Sequence record: NC_006883.2
Direction: 5' to 3' (one strand)
Length of the DNA stretch: 64,000 bases
Each line of letters opens with the position of its first letter. Position 1 is the stretch's first letter. Positions 44,733 to 55,166 of this stretch are shown in pieces. The translations under genes and the position numbers were made by a program. A model generated the notes under the pieces. The model saw only the letters and a program-made list of their open reading frames with translations. It did no database searches and was not told the DNA's origin.

Positions 44733-45164
44733 ATGAAAGATAATTATGACGATTTGAATGATACATTTAATACTGAAATAGAAGTTCAGCAAGTTAATGA
44801 GGGTGGTTGTGTCCGAAGAAAGGATACACTGCCCGATATTAGTGATGATGCTGAAAAGGATTACAAGTACGCAAGAGCACAGTTATATTCACTAATAGAG
44901 AAGGGTCAGGAAACTTTGAATGGAGTTATGGAACTTGCTGGTGAAAGTGCAAGTCCTAGAGCATATGAAGTTGCTGGTCAAGTATTAAAGTCAACTGCAG
45001 ATATTACAGATAAGTTAGCAGATCTTCAGAAGAAAATGAAAGATTTGGATGAGGATAAACCCAAAGGTCCAAGTAACGTTACAAATAATGCTTTATTTGT
45101 TGGTTCTACATCAGAACTTTCAAAAATGATAAAAGAAGGTATTCTAAATAATAAAGACGATTAA
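44733..45164 (+). CDS. gp16: Terminase small subunit gp16
   Basis: DY.YAR..L..LIEKGQE...A...SPRAYEV; TNNALFVGST.EL. Confidence 0.92.
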   Translation: MKDNYDDLNDTFNTEIEVQQVNEGGCVRRKDTLPDISDDAEKDYKYARAQLYSLIEKGQETLNGVMELAGESASPRAYEVAGQVLKSTADITDKLADLQKKMKDLDEDKPKGPSNVTNNALFVGSTSELSKMIKEGILNNKDD

Positions 45165-45172
45165 TCCGTTCC

Positions 45173-47164
45173 ATGAATAATATAAGAGTAAAGCAAGAAT
45201 CTCTAAACAATTGGAGAGAGGAATTTAGTATTAATGAAGAAATTGAAGGTGGCATAAGTGTCCAGAATGTTGCAGACGGATTAAATTTTACAGAAGTAGA
45301 AACAGTAGATATAATTAAACCAGAACCAATTAAAGGTGCTTCTAATTGGCAATTGGAAATGGCAGTTGAATCTTTAATCTCTGAAGGATATAACGATGAT
45401 GAGATTGTTACTATATTGACAGAAGAATTGCCAAAAATACCACTTGGTGGAATTGTAACTGGTGCTGCTAGAGCTGCTTGGAATCTATCAACTAAAGGTG
45501 TTAAAGGTGCATATGATCTAGGTAAAGGTGTAAGAGGTGTTGTTAATCGTGGTGTAAGAGATACTAAATTAACAAAAGATATTCTTTCTACTGCTAAAAA
45601 ATTAAGAAATCCTGATAATGTATCAATAACTAAAAACCCAAGGGTTGATACACCTAGTAAAGGTGGTCGTTTAGTAAAATCCTTTAAGGGTTTTATGCAG
45701 AATGTTAAAGATGCTGGTAGCAATTTAGCGAATAGAACTAAAGGAAAATTAGATAGAATTAATGCTAAGAAAGCAGAAATTCAAACAACTGCAAAAGACG
45801 TAGATGTATTGGGTGGTGCTGCTACTACACCAAAACCTACATCTACGCCTATGAAGAATATTACACCAAGTCCTATTGGTGATGGTATAAAGAAGGTTGC
45901 AAATCAAATAAAAACTGGAGCTAGTGCTGCTGCTGTTACTGGAGGTGTAGTTGCTGGTAGTAAACTTACAGGGGGTTCTTCGAGTAAAGTTTCAACTGCA
46001 ACACCAACTCCACCAGTAGAGAAAAAGGTTGAAGCACCTATAACTAATGATGGTAAAAAGGAAGTTGATCCTTCTAAGAATGAAAAAATAGAATCTAAAC
46101 CTACTAAGAGAGAGTTGAGAAATAAGAGAAACGCTGCTTTAAGTAGTAAAGAAGGAAAACGTGCAAGAAGAGATGCAGCACTTCAAAAGAAAAAGGATTC
46201 TGGTTTCCCATCAAGGAGAATGAAATCAGGCACTCCAGTTAATCAACTCTTCAATAAAGAAGAAGTTACTAATGAAGATTTGACTGATTTTAAAAATAGA
46301 TCAGAAATAACCACTAAAGGAAAATTAAATAAAGGAAACTTTTCTGCAAGTATCAAACAACTGACTGATAAGGAAATTAGTGATAAATTACCTACTATAA
46401 ATGGTGTTAAACTGGAAATGGATGCTGATGGGGAACTTCCAAATATGGGTAAGTTTGTAAAAGATCAAGCAGTATCTCAAGCAAATCAGTTTGCAGATTC
46501 AGGAATAATTGATAATAATCCTGAAGTAGCAGCAGCAATGAGTAAAAAAGTAGGTTTAGAAGGACCTATGACTACTGATAAATTTAAAGACATAACAAAG
46601 CAAGGTACAAAGAATCTTGATTTTGATATAAACAAAAATATACAAGGTACACAGGCAAATCGTTTGCAAAATGTAGCTAATAGTATTAATCAGAGTACTT
46701 CAAATAATAAACCAACAATCAAAAATCCCAAAATAAAAACTGTTGTTCAGGGATCGTCTTCCACTAGACCGATGGGTGAAGGTCTTGTTAGTAAAGCTCT
46801 TAAATTCAGTATAGGTGGATTTCTTGCTAGTCAAGGACTTAAAAAATTAAAAAATAATGTTGATAACAAACTTGATGATGCAAGAAAGAATATGAAGATA
46901 GGTGGAGATAAGAGAAAATCTGATATTGAAAAGGCAACTGGAGTAAAACTAGATCACTATTCATGGAGAGATGAATTAGATCTACAAGAAATGGGTGCTT
47001 ATCGTGGTGGTGGCACAATTATAGATCCAAGTGGTTCTAGAAATAAATTTGGTTATCCAGATAGTCTTAAACCAGGATCAGGACCAACAAAAGAAGTTCC
47101 TCTTACACCTTCACAAAATAGAATGCTTGTGAAGAACAAAACAAAAACTACAAAGGTGGGTTAA
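45173..47164 (+). CDS. Low-complexity Lys/Gly/Thr-rich protein, 663 aa (candidate internal/ejected protein)
   Basis: Long ORF between gp16 and gp17; WREEF, DIIKPEP and LISEGY motifs. Confidence 0.75.
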   Translation: MNNIRVKQESLNNWREEFSINEEIEGGISVQNVADGLNFTEVETVDIIKPEPIKGASNWQLEMAVESLISEGYNDDEIVTILTEELPKIPLGGIVTGAARAAWNLSTKGVKGAYDLGKGVRGVVNRGVRDTKLTKDILSTAKKLRNPDNVSITKNPRVDTPSKGGRLVKSFKGFMQNVKDAGSNLANRTKGKLDRINAKKAEIQTTAKDVDVLGGAATTPKPTSTPMKNITPSPIGDGIKKVANQIKTGASAAAVTGGVVAGSKLTGGSSSKVSTATPTPPVEKKVEAPITNDGKKEVDPSKNEKIESKPTKRELRNKRNAALSSKEGKRARRDAALQKKKDSGFPSRRMKSGTPVNQLFNKEEVTNEDLTDFKNRSEITTKGKLNKGNFSASIKQLTDKEISDKLPTINGVKLEMDADGELPNMGKFVKDQAVSQANQFADSGIIDNNPEVAAAMSKKVGLEGPMTTDKFKDITKQGTKNLDFDINKNIQGTQANRLQNVANSINQSTSNNKPTIKNPKIKTVVQGSSSTRPMGEGLVSKALKFSIGGFLASQGLKKLKNNVDNKLDDARKNMKIGGDKRKSDIEKATGVKLDHYSWRDELDLQEMGAYRGGGTIIDPSGSRNKFGYPDSLKPGSGPTKEVPLTPSQNRMLVKNKTKTTKVG

Positions 47165-48622
47165 ATGAAAATATTAGGAACTGAAAGTAATTTAGGATCT
47201 CCTACTAATATTAGTAATGCTTCTGTTGTAAGGGTTTATAATAGTAATGCATCTAATATATTAGTAACTCAAAAAGATTCTGGTGGTACTGTTAAAGGAA
47301 GTTTTTTAGCAGCTACTGGTAAAGTTTTATATTGTGAAAAAGATTTTACAGATACATTAGAGGGTAGTTCTGACATTAAAGTAACGAAAGTTGCTTTTTC
47401 TCCCTATATGAATCTTATTAATGCAACTGGACCTGTAGCATCATATACTTTATCAGTATCTGCTACAGAAGTAGATGAAGATGGCAATTTTACTACTACA
47501 GTTTCAACCACTAATGTAGATGAGGGAACTACATTATATTGGGAATTATCTGGAAGTGGTATAACATCTGCTGATTTTTCATCTGGAGCATTAACAGGAA
47601 GTGGCACTATTTCTAGTGGTGGTTTTACTTTCTCTCATACACTTGACGAAGATGGAACTATAGAAGGAACAGAAACTATTACTATTAAATTATATAATGA
47701 TTCTGGTAGATCAAGTCAAGTTGGTAATACTATATCAGTTACTATTAATGATACATCTACAGTATCGGCAGGACAACAAGCATATACAACAGCAGGAACT
47801 TATAGTTGGACTTGTCCTTCTGGTGTAAGTGCAGTTTCAGTTGTTGCTATTGGTGGTGGAGGTGGTGGAGGTGCTACTGATACTGGTGGTAGTGCTGAAG
47901 GTGGACACGGTGGTACAGGTGCTGGACTTGGATATAAAAATAATATTTCTGTAACAGCAGGACAATCATATACTGTAGTAGTTGGTGATGGTGGAGCTGG
48001 TGGAGGTACTCCAGGTAATGATGGTCAAGATGGAGGAAATTCATATTTCATAGATGCAACTACTGTTAAAGGTGGTGGTGGTCCAGGTGGTAAACACGGT
48101 GGTAGGGGTCCAGGTGCTCAAACCCATAGTGGTGGAAGTTATGTAGGAGATGGTGGTGGTCAAGGTGGTGGTTCTGCTGCAAGTTCTTATTCTGGTGGTA
48201 GCCTTTCTGCTGGTGGTGGTGGAGCTGGTGGATATTCTGGTAGTGGTGATAGAGGTAGTAATTCCACTTCTTCTAATGGTGGTTCTGCTAATGGTGGTGG
48301 AGCTGGCGGTGGCGGTGGAAGTTATAACGGTGCTGGCGGTGGCGGTGGAACTGGAATATTAGGTGAAGGATCTAATGGAACTGGTGCTAATTTTGGTGGC
48401 GGTCCAGCTGATGGTGGTACTGGTGGATCTGGTGGTGCTACTGGTGGATCTGGTAATACTACTGGTACAGGTGGTGGTGGAAATGGTGGAGATTATGGTG
48501 GCGGTGGCGGTGGTGATAGTACTAGTGGTGGCGTAGGACCTAAAGGTGGTTCTGGTGCTGTAAGAATAATTTGGCCTGGAGATGTTAGACAGTTCCCATC
48601 AACGAGAACTGCTGATGAATAA
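47165..48622 (+). CDS. Virion-surface-like protein: small N-domain, Calx-beta-like domain, Gly-rich domain, 485 aa
   Basis: Y.LS.S.T.VDE.G...T..V.TT...GTTLYW...DF...EGTET; C-terminal GGGGG repeats ending GAVRIIW. Confidence 0.75.
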   Translation: MKILGTESNLGSPTNISNASVVRVYNSNASNILVTQKDSGGTVKGSFLAATGKVLYCEKDFTDTLEGSSDIKVTKVAFSPYMNLINATGPVASYTLSVSATEVDEDGNFTTTVSTTNVDEGTTLYWELSGSGITSADFSSGALTGSGTISSGGFTFSHTLDEDGTIEGTETITIKLYNDSGRSSQVGNTISVTINDTSTVSAGQQAYTTAGTYSWTCPSGVSAVSVVAIGGGGGGGATDTGGSAEGGHGGTGAGLGYKNNISVTAGQSYTVVVGDGGAGGGTPGNDGQDGGNSYFIDATTVKGGGGPGGKHGGRGPGAQTHSGGSYVGDGGGQGGGSAASSYSGGSLSAGGGGAGGYSGSGDRGSNSTSSNGGSANGGGAGGGGGSYNGAGGGGGTGILGEGSNGTGANFGGGPADGGTGGSGGATGGSGNTTGTGGGGNGGDYGGGGGGDSTSGGVGPKGGSGAVRIIWPGDVRQFPSTRTADE

Positions 48623-48648
48623 ATAACCTTATAGTGTAAGTTAGAGTA

Positions 48649-48918
48649 ATGTCAAGAACTTTGATTAAAGGTGCTGAAGCGGCATGTGCCACAGCAACAG
48701 GATCAGCAAGTACATTTAGTAGTGCTACTGTTGTTCGTCTTGTTAATACAGATTCAAATGCACACTTAGTAACACTTGTAACAGAACAAAATGGAACAGT
48801 TGTTGGTTCGTTTACTATGCCAGCAGGTTCAGTTGAGTTTTTAGAGAAAGTAAGTACACAAGCAATATTTGCTGCTAATGCTGGAGTAAAAGGAGCAGCA
48901 GCAGGATTTACTGATTAG
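48649..48918 (+). CDS. Small Ala-rich virion protein, 89 aa, paralogous to the N-domain of the upstream gene
   Basis: ATVVRLVNT...GSFTM..G.V..LEK; late-like AATAAATA at 48618-48625. Confidence 0.75.
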   Translation: MSRTLIKGAEAACATATGSASTFSSATVVRLVNTDSNAHLVTLVTEQNGTVVGSFTMPAGSVEFLEKVSTQAIFAANAGVKGAAAGFTD

Positions 48919-48937
48919 TAAGTAATTTTCTTTTATT

Positions 48938-50581
48938 ATGGCAGAAGTATATCTAGGTAATCCCAACCTAAAAAAGGCGAACACGCCTATAGAATTCTCT
49001 AAGGATAATATTAGGGAATTTTTAAAGTGTAAAGAAGATCCCGTATATTTTACTAGGAATTATATAAAGATTGTTTCTCTTGATGAGGGACTAGTTCCTT
49101 TTAATATGTACGACTTCCAAGAGAAGTTAATTACTAGATTCCACGAGAATAGATTTAATATCTGTAAGATGCCTCGGCAGACAGGTAAATCTACAACTTG
49201 TATATCATATCTTTTACACTATGCAGTTTTTAACGATAATGTCAACGTTGCTGTTCTGGCAAACAAAGCGTCCACTGCTAGAGATTTACTTGGTAGATTA
49301 CAACTTGCATATGAAAATTTGCCTCGGTGGATGCAACAAGGTATAATATCTTGGAATAAAGGTTCTTTGGAGTTAGAAAATGGATCTAAAATATCGGCAA
49401 ACTCTACTTCTTCCTCTGCTGTTCGTGGTGGATCTTATAATGTCATATTTTTGGATGAGTTCGCATTCATCCCGAATCACATTGCTGATGATTTCTTTGC
49501 TTCCGTTTATCCAACTATTACTTCTGGACAAAGTACTAAAGTAATTATCGTTTCTACCCCAAGGGGTATGAATCATTTCTATCGTATGTGGCACGATAGT
49601 GAAAAAGGAAAGAGTGAGTATGTAGCAACTGATGTTCATTGGAGTGAAGTTCCTGGTAGAGATGAGGAATGGAAAGAGCAAACGATTGCAAACACATCAG
49701 AGCAACAGTTTAAGATTGAGTTTGAGTGTGAGTTCTTAGGATCTGTTAATACTCTTATAAATCCAGCAAAACTTAGAAATCTTGTATATGAAGCACCTAA
49801 AACGAGAAATGCTGGACTTGATATTTACGAAACACCAGTTAAAGAACATAATTACATAATAACTGTAGATGTTGCCAGAGGATTAGGTAATGACTATTCT
49901 GCATTTATAGTTTTTGATACTACAGAGTTTCCTTATAAAGTAGTTGCTAAGTATAGGAATAATGAAATCAAACCTATGCTATTTCCAAATATTATATTGG
50001 ATGTGGCAAAAGGATATAATAATGCTTATCTCTTAATAGAAGTAAACGATATAGGAGATCAGGTTGCAAGTATTCTTCAATATGATCTTGAGTATGAGAA
50101 TGTTTTGATGGCATCTATGAGAGGTAGAGCAGGTCAAATAGTTGGACAAGGTTTCTCTGGTAAGAAAACTCAACTTGGTGTCAGAATGACATCTGCAGTT
50201 AAGAAGTTAGGATGTTCCAATCTTAAGACGATGATGGAGGATGATAAACTCCTTACTTGCGATTATGAAATTATTTCAGAACTAACAACATTTGCACAAA
50301 GACATAATTCCTTTGAAGCAGAGGAGGGGTGCAATGATGATCTTGCTATGTGCCTTGTTATATTTTCTTGGTTAGTTGCACAGGATTATTTTAAAGAGAT
50401 GTCTGATAATGACATCCGTAAGAGAATATATGAAGAGCAGAAGAATCAAATAGAACAAGATATGGCTCCATTTGGATTTATTGCAGATGGATTAGATGAT
50501 ACAAGTTTTGTAGATAAAGATGGAGATACTTGGCATTTGGATGAGTATGGGGATAAGTCATACATGTGGGACTACATGTAA
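48938..50581 (+). CDS. gp17: Terminase large subunit gp17
   Basis: PRQTGKST Walker A, IFLDEFAF Walker B, DVARG, DDLAM nuclease motifs. Confidence 0.98.
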   Translation: MAEVYLGNPNLKKANTPIEFSKDNIREFLKCKEDPVYFTRNYIKIVSLDEGLVPFNMYDFQEKLITRFHENRFNICKMPRQTGKSTTCISYLLHYAVFNDNVNVAVLANKASTARDLLGRLQLAYENLPRWMQQGIISWNKGSLELENGSKISANSTSSSAVRGGSYNVIFLDEFAFIPNHIADDFFASVYPTITSGQSTKVIIVSTPRGMNHFYRMWHDSEKGKSEYVATDVHWSEVPGRDEEWKEQTIANTSEQQFKIEFECEFLGSVNTLINPAKLRNLVYEAPKTRNAGLDIYETPVKEHNYIITVDVARGLGNDYSAFIVFDTTEFPYKVVAKYRNNEIKPMLFPNIILDVAKGYNNAYLLIEVNDIGDQVASILQYDLEYENVLMASMRGRAGQIVGQGFSGKKTQLGVRMTSAVKKLGCSNLKTMMEDDKLLTCDYEIISELTTFAQRHNSFEAEEGCNDDLAMCLVIFSWLVAQDYFKEMSDNDIRKRIYEEQKNQIEQDMAPFGFIADGLDDTSFVDKDGDTWHLDEYGDKSYMWDYM

Positions 50582-50634
50582 ATAGGTATAATCATAAATA
50601 TTTTTAGCATAATCTGAGATTCGGAGTATAAAAG

Positions 50635-52824
50635 ATGCCTCTAAATTTAGCATCTCCTGGAATTGTAGTAAGAGAGGTTGACCTAACGATTGGGAGAGTA
50701 GATCCTACGAGTGGATCTATTGGAGCGTTGGTCGCACCGTTTGCGAAGGGACCTGTTAATGACCCACAACTCATTGAAAGTGAGGAGGATCTATTACAGA
50801 CTTTCGGACAACCTTACTCAACAGACAAACATTATGAGTACTGGATGGTAGCATCATCATACCTTGCGTATGGTGGAACAATGCAAGTTGTTCGTGCTGA
50901 CGATTACAACACTCAAACTGGCGTTGGTTTAAAAAACGCATTTGTAACTGGTGGTGTTGGTGTTGGTGCAACAATGCTAAGGATTACAAGTAACACTCAC
51001 TATAACCAATTAGGTTATGATGAGAATACAATTTCTGGTGTAAGTGTTGCTGCAAAGAATCCAGGTACTTGGGCAAATGGAATTAAAGTTGCAATTATCG
51101 ATGGTAAGGCAGACCAGATCTTAACTGTTGCTAGTGGAAACACTACTGCTGTTGGATCTGCTGTTACACAATCAATAAGTAAAACTATTGGAACCGCAAC
51201 TGGAACAACTACCATTGATGGAGTTCTTAAGGGTATCGTTACAGGAAGTACTGATACAACTTTAGAAGTTAAGGTTATTTCACATATATCTGCTGCAGGT
51301 GTAGAAACCGCAGTAGAGTATCAGCAAAATGGTACATATACATTTGATAATAGTGGTTCTGTTAATGTTATAGCAGCAGGTTCATCTGGATCTGGTTCTG
51401 CTAAGAGTTATACTGCTCAGACAGACTGGTTTGAGTCGCAGAATATAGTGTTGAGTAATTCAACTCTAGAGTGGGATTCAATAGCAGATGCTCCTGGTAC
51501 TTCAACATACGTTTCTACAAGAGGCGGTAAAAATGATGAAATTCACGTACTTGTTATTGATGACAAAGGAACCATAACTGGTAATTCTGGAACTATCTTA
51601 GAGAAGCATCTAAGTTTATCTAAAGCAAAAGACGCTGAGTATTCTGTTGGATCTTCTTCTTATTGGAGAGATTTTCTAGCAACTAACTCTAAGTATATTT
51701 TTGGTGGTGGTGCTACTTCTGGAATTACAACTACAGGATATAGCGTATCTTCAACCAATACTTTAGATACTGATAGTGGTTGGGATCAGAATGCTGAAGG
51801 AGTAAACTTTGGTGCTTCTGGTGTTGCTACATTAACACTTGCAGGTGGTACAAACTACGGTGATAAAACAGATCTTACTACATCTGGAGCATTAAGTTCT
51901 GGTGTAGATGATATCATTAGTGGTTACACTCTCTTTGAAAATACTGAGGAAATTGAAGTAGACTTCATCTTAATGGGTGCTGCTCATCATCCAAAAGAGC
52001 AATCACAAGCAGTTGCAGAAAAAGTTACTGCTGTTGCAGAAGCAAGAAAAGATGCAGTTGCATTTATTTCACCTTATAGACAGGCATTCTTGAATGATAC
52101 TGTTTCTGGTACTGTAACTGTAAGTAATATAGACCAAACAACAGAGAATGTTGTTGGATTCTATGCTCCGTTATCATCATCCACTTATAGTGTATTTGAT
52201 AGTGGTTATAAGTATATGTTTGATCGCTTCAACAATACTTTCAGATATGTCCCATTAAACGGAGACATTGCTGGAACTTGTGCAAGAACTGATATTGAAC
52301 AGTTCCCTTGGTTCTCACCAGCAGGAACTGCAAGAGGTCCAATCCTCAATTCAGTAAAACTTGTTTACAATCCAGGCAAGAAACAAAGAGATATCCTTTA
52401 TTCCAACAGGATTAACCCAGTTATCCTATCACCTGGAGCTGGTATTATCTTATTTGGAGATAAAACTGGATTTGGTAAATCATCAGCGTTTGATCGCATC
52501 AACGTTCGTAGATTATTCATCTACCTTGAAGATGCTATTTCAGCCGCAGCTAAGGATCAACTATTTGAATTCAACGATGAACTTACAAGGACTAACTTTG
52601 TAAACATAGTTGAACCATTCCTTAGAGATGTTCAAGCGAAGAGAGGTATCTTCGACTTTGTAGTTATTTGTGACGAGACAAATAACACAGCAGCAGTAAT
52701 CGACTCAAATGAGTTTGTTGCAGACATCTTCATTAAACCAGCACGTTCTATCAACTTCATCGGACTTACCTTTGTTGCTACCAGAACTGGTGTTGCTTTT
52801 GAAGAAGTAATCGGTTCAGTTTAA
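50635..52824 (+). CDS. gp18: Tail sheath protein gp18
   Basis: SPG.VVRE.DL; PWFSPAG..RG; RINVRRLF. Confidence 0.97.
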   Translation: MPLNLASPGIVVREVDLTIGRVDPTSGSIGALVAPFAKGPVNDPQLIESEEDLLQTFGQPYSTDKHYEYWMVASSYLAYGGTMQVVRADDYNTQTGVGLKNAFVTGGVGVGATMLRITSNTHYNQLGYDENTISGVSVAAKNPGTWANGIKVAIIDGKADQILTVASGNTTAVGSAVTQSISKTIGTATGTTTIDGVLKGIVTGSTDTTLEVKVISHISAAGVETAVEYQQNGTYTFDNSGSVNVIAAGSSGSGSAKSYTAQTDWFESQNIVLSNSTLEWDSIADAPGTSTYVSTRGGKNDEIHVLVIDDKGTITGNSGTILEKHLSLSKAKDAEYSVGSSSYWRDFLATNSKYIFGGGATSGITTTGYSVSSTNTLDTDSGWDQNAEGVNFGASGVATLTLAGGTNYGDKTDLTTSGALSSGVDDIISGYTLFENTEEIEVDFILMGAAHHPKEQSQAVAEKVTAVAEARKDAVAFISPYRQAFLNDTVSGTVTVSNIDQTTENVVGFYAPLSSSTYSVFDSGYKYMFDRFNNTFRYVPLNGDIAGTCARTDIEQFPWFSPAGTARGPILNSVKLVYNPGKKQRDILYSNRINPVILSPGAGIILFGDKTGFGKSSAFDRINVRRLFIYLEDAISAAAKDQLFEFNDELTRTNFVNIVEPFLRDVQAKRGIFDFVVICDETNNTAAVIDSNEFVADIFIKPARSINFIGLTFVATRTGVAFEEVIGSV

Positions 52825-52845
52825 TTAGAGGTTTAAAAAACAATC

Positions 52846-53433
52846 ATGGCTAGAAATCAAGTCAATCCACCACCACTAAGAACGATATCAAACTTCAAGA
52901 GTAAGTTGACGGGTGGTGGTGCTCGTGCTAATCTGTTTGAAGTTGTCCTCACTTTCCCAGACGTCGCTCAACCTGACTCTGCGGTTCTTGATAAAGCAAG
53001 ATTCTTAGTAAAGGGTGCTAATTTACCAGCATCCAACGTTGCTCAGATCGAAGTTCCTTTCAGAGGAAGGGTTCTTAAAATTGCTGGAGATAGAACATTC
53101 GATTCTTGGACTGTTACCGTTATTAACGATACAGACTTCGCTATTCGTTCTGCATTTGAAAGATGGTCTAATACAATTAATAGACTATCTGATAACACAG
53201 GTTTAACAAATCCTGCAGATTATCAATCCGATGCTTACGTTTATCAGTTAGATCGTGACGGATCAACATTAAGATCTTACAGATTCTATGATACTTTCCC
53301 AACTCAGGTTGGACCTATCGAACTTTCATACGATGCTCAAGGCATTCAGGAATTCACAGTTGAACTACAAGTTCAGTACTGGGAAGCAATTAAAGGTTCT
53401 GGTCCAAATGCTGGTGGTGAGAACGTCAGCTAA
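52846..53433 (+). CDS. gp19: Tail tube protein gp19
   Basis: ARANLFEV; FRGRVLKIAGDRTF..WT.T..ND. Confidence 0.97.
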   Translation: MARNQVNPPPLRTISNFKSKLTGGGARANLFEVVLTFPDVAQPDSAVLDKARFLVKGANLPASNVAQIEVPFRGRVLKIAGDRTFDSWTVTVINDTDFAIRSAFERWSNTINRLSDNTGLTNPADYQSDAYVYQLDRDGSTLRSYRFYDTFPTQVGPIELSYDAQGIQEFTVELQVQYWEAIKGSGPNAGGENVS

Positions 53434-53461
53434 ATAGAACATACTAGAGACTAAATTTATA

Positions 53462-55138
53462 ATGGCAAAACTTTTCGGGTTTTCAATTGAGGAAACGCAA
53501 AAGAAATCCACTTCGATAATCAGCCCTGTTCCCAAGAACAATGAGGATGGGGTTGATAATTTCATATCAAGTGGATTTTATGGTCAATATGTAGATATTG
53601 AAGGTGCGTATCGTTCTGAATATGATCTAATAAGAAGATATAGAGAAATGGCACTTCATCCAGAAGCGGATGGTGCTATTGAAGATGTTGTAAATGAAGC
53701 GATAGTTAGTGATTTATATGACTCACCAGTAGAAGTAGAACTTTCAAATTTGAATGCAAGTAATACTTTAAAGAAAAAGATTAGGGAAGAGTTTAGATAT
53801 ATTAAAGAAATGATGGACTTTGATAAAAAGTCTCATGAAATTTTTAGGAATTGGTATGTTGATGGTAGAGTTTTCTACCTAAAAGTTATTGATACTAAGA
53901 ACCCACAAGAGGGTATTCAAGATCTTAGATATATTGATCCATTAAAAATAAAGTTTATTCGTCAAGAGAAAAGGAAACCAGGTAATCAAGATCCTGCCAT
54001 AAGAGTTAGAAGTGAACAGGATGTAGTCCCAAACCCTGAGTTTGAAGAGTTTTATATTTACACTCCCAAAGTCCAACATCCAACAGGGATGGTGGGTCAA
54101 ATGGGCGGTAAGAATTCTATTAAGATTGCTAAGGATTCTATTACCATGTGTACTTCTGGTTTAGTTGATAGAAATAAGAATAGAGTTCTTTCATATCTCC
54201 ATAAAGCAATTAAGGCACTTAATCAACTTAGAATGATTGAGGATTCTCTTGTTATCTACAGATTATCAAGAGCACCTGAAAGAAGAATATTCTATATTGA
54301 TGTAGGTAATCTACCAAAAGTAAAGGCAGAACAGTACCTAAAAGAGGTAATGTCTCGCTACAGAAATAAGTTAGTTTACGATGCGAACACAGGTGAAGTT
54401 CGTGATGATCGTAAATTTATGAGTATGATGGAAGATTTCTGGTTGCCTAGAAGAGAAGGTGGTCGGGGAACTGAAATTACAACTCTACCTGGTGGTCAGA
54501 ATTTAGGTGAATTATCTGATGTTGACTATTTCCAAAAGAAACTTTATAGAGCTTTAGGTGTTCCTGAATCAAGAATCGCTGCTGAAGGTGGTTTTAATTT
54601 AGGTCGTTCATCAGAGATCTTAAGAGATGAACTTAAATTTGCTAAGTTTGTAGGACGTTTAAGAAAGCGTTTTGCAGCAATGTTTAACGATATGCTTAAG
54701 ACACAATTAGTTCTTAAGAATATTGTTACTCCAGAAGATTGGAAAACTATGGAAGATCATATTCAATATGACTTCTTATATGACAACCAATTTGCAGAAC
54801 TTAAAGAATCCGAACTTATGGAAGGTAGATTGGGTATGCTTGCAACAATCGAACCTTATATTGGTAAGTATTATTCTACAGAATATGTCCGTAAGAGAGT
54901 TTTGCGACAAACTGATATGGAAATTGAAGAAATTGATACTCAAATTGAAGATGAAATTCAAAAAGGAATCATTCCAGATCCATCTCAAATCGATCCAATA
55001 ACAGGAGAACCATTACCTCAAGAGGGTGATCCTGCTATGGAAGGAATGGGTGAACAACCAGTAGATCCAGATTTAGAAGCACAAGCACAAGCAGTTGATG
55101 CTCAATATTCAAAAGATACTAAGAAAGCCGAGTTATAA
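53462..55138 (+). CDS. gp20: Portal protein gp20
   Basis: YRLSRAPERRIFYIDVGNLP; EDFWLPRREGGRGTEI.TLPGG. Confidence 0.98.
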   Translation: MAKLFGFSIEETQKKSTSIISPVPKNNEDGVDNFISSGFYGQYVDIEGAYRSEYDLIRRYREMALHPEADGAIEDVVNEAIVSDLYDSPVEVELSNLNASNTLKKKIREEFRYIKEMMDFDKKSHEIFRNWYVDGRVFYLKVIDTKNPQEGIQDLRYIDPLKIKFIRQEKRKPGNQDPAIRVRSEQDVVPNPEFEEFYIYTPKVQHPTGMVGQMGGKNSIKIAKDSITMCTSGLVDRNKNRVLSYLHKAIKALNQLRMIEDSLVIYRLSRAPERRIFYIDVGNLPKVKAEQYLKEVMSRYRNKLVYDANTGEVRDDRKFMSMMEDFWLPRREGGRGTEITTLPGGQNLGELSDVDYFQKKLYRALGVPESRIAAEGGFNLGRSSEILRDELKFAKFVGRLRKRFAAMFNDMLKTQLVLKNIVTPEDWKTMEDHIQYDFLYDNQFAELKESELMEGRLGMLATIEPYIGKYYSTEYVRKRVLRQTDMEIEEIDTQIEDEIQKGIIPDPSQIDPITGEPLPQEGDPAMEGMGEQPVDPDLEAQAQAVDAQYSKDTKKAEL

Positions 55139-55141
55139 ATA
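55134..55141 (+). promoter_or_regulatory. T4 late promoter TATAAATA
   Basis: Exact consensus upstream of the prohead core genes. Confidence 0.8.
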
Positions 55142-55166
55142 GGAAATATATCACTTATATAATCTT

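Noticed and set aside
45106-45723. 205-aa minus-strand ORF
   Set aside because: Antisense shadow of the 663-aa gene; no promoter, RBS or recognisable motif
47840-48560. GGT/GGC repeats as a DNA-level repeat element
   Set aside because: Explained by the Gly-rich protein domain
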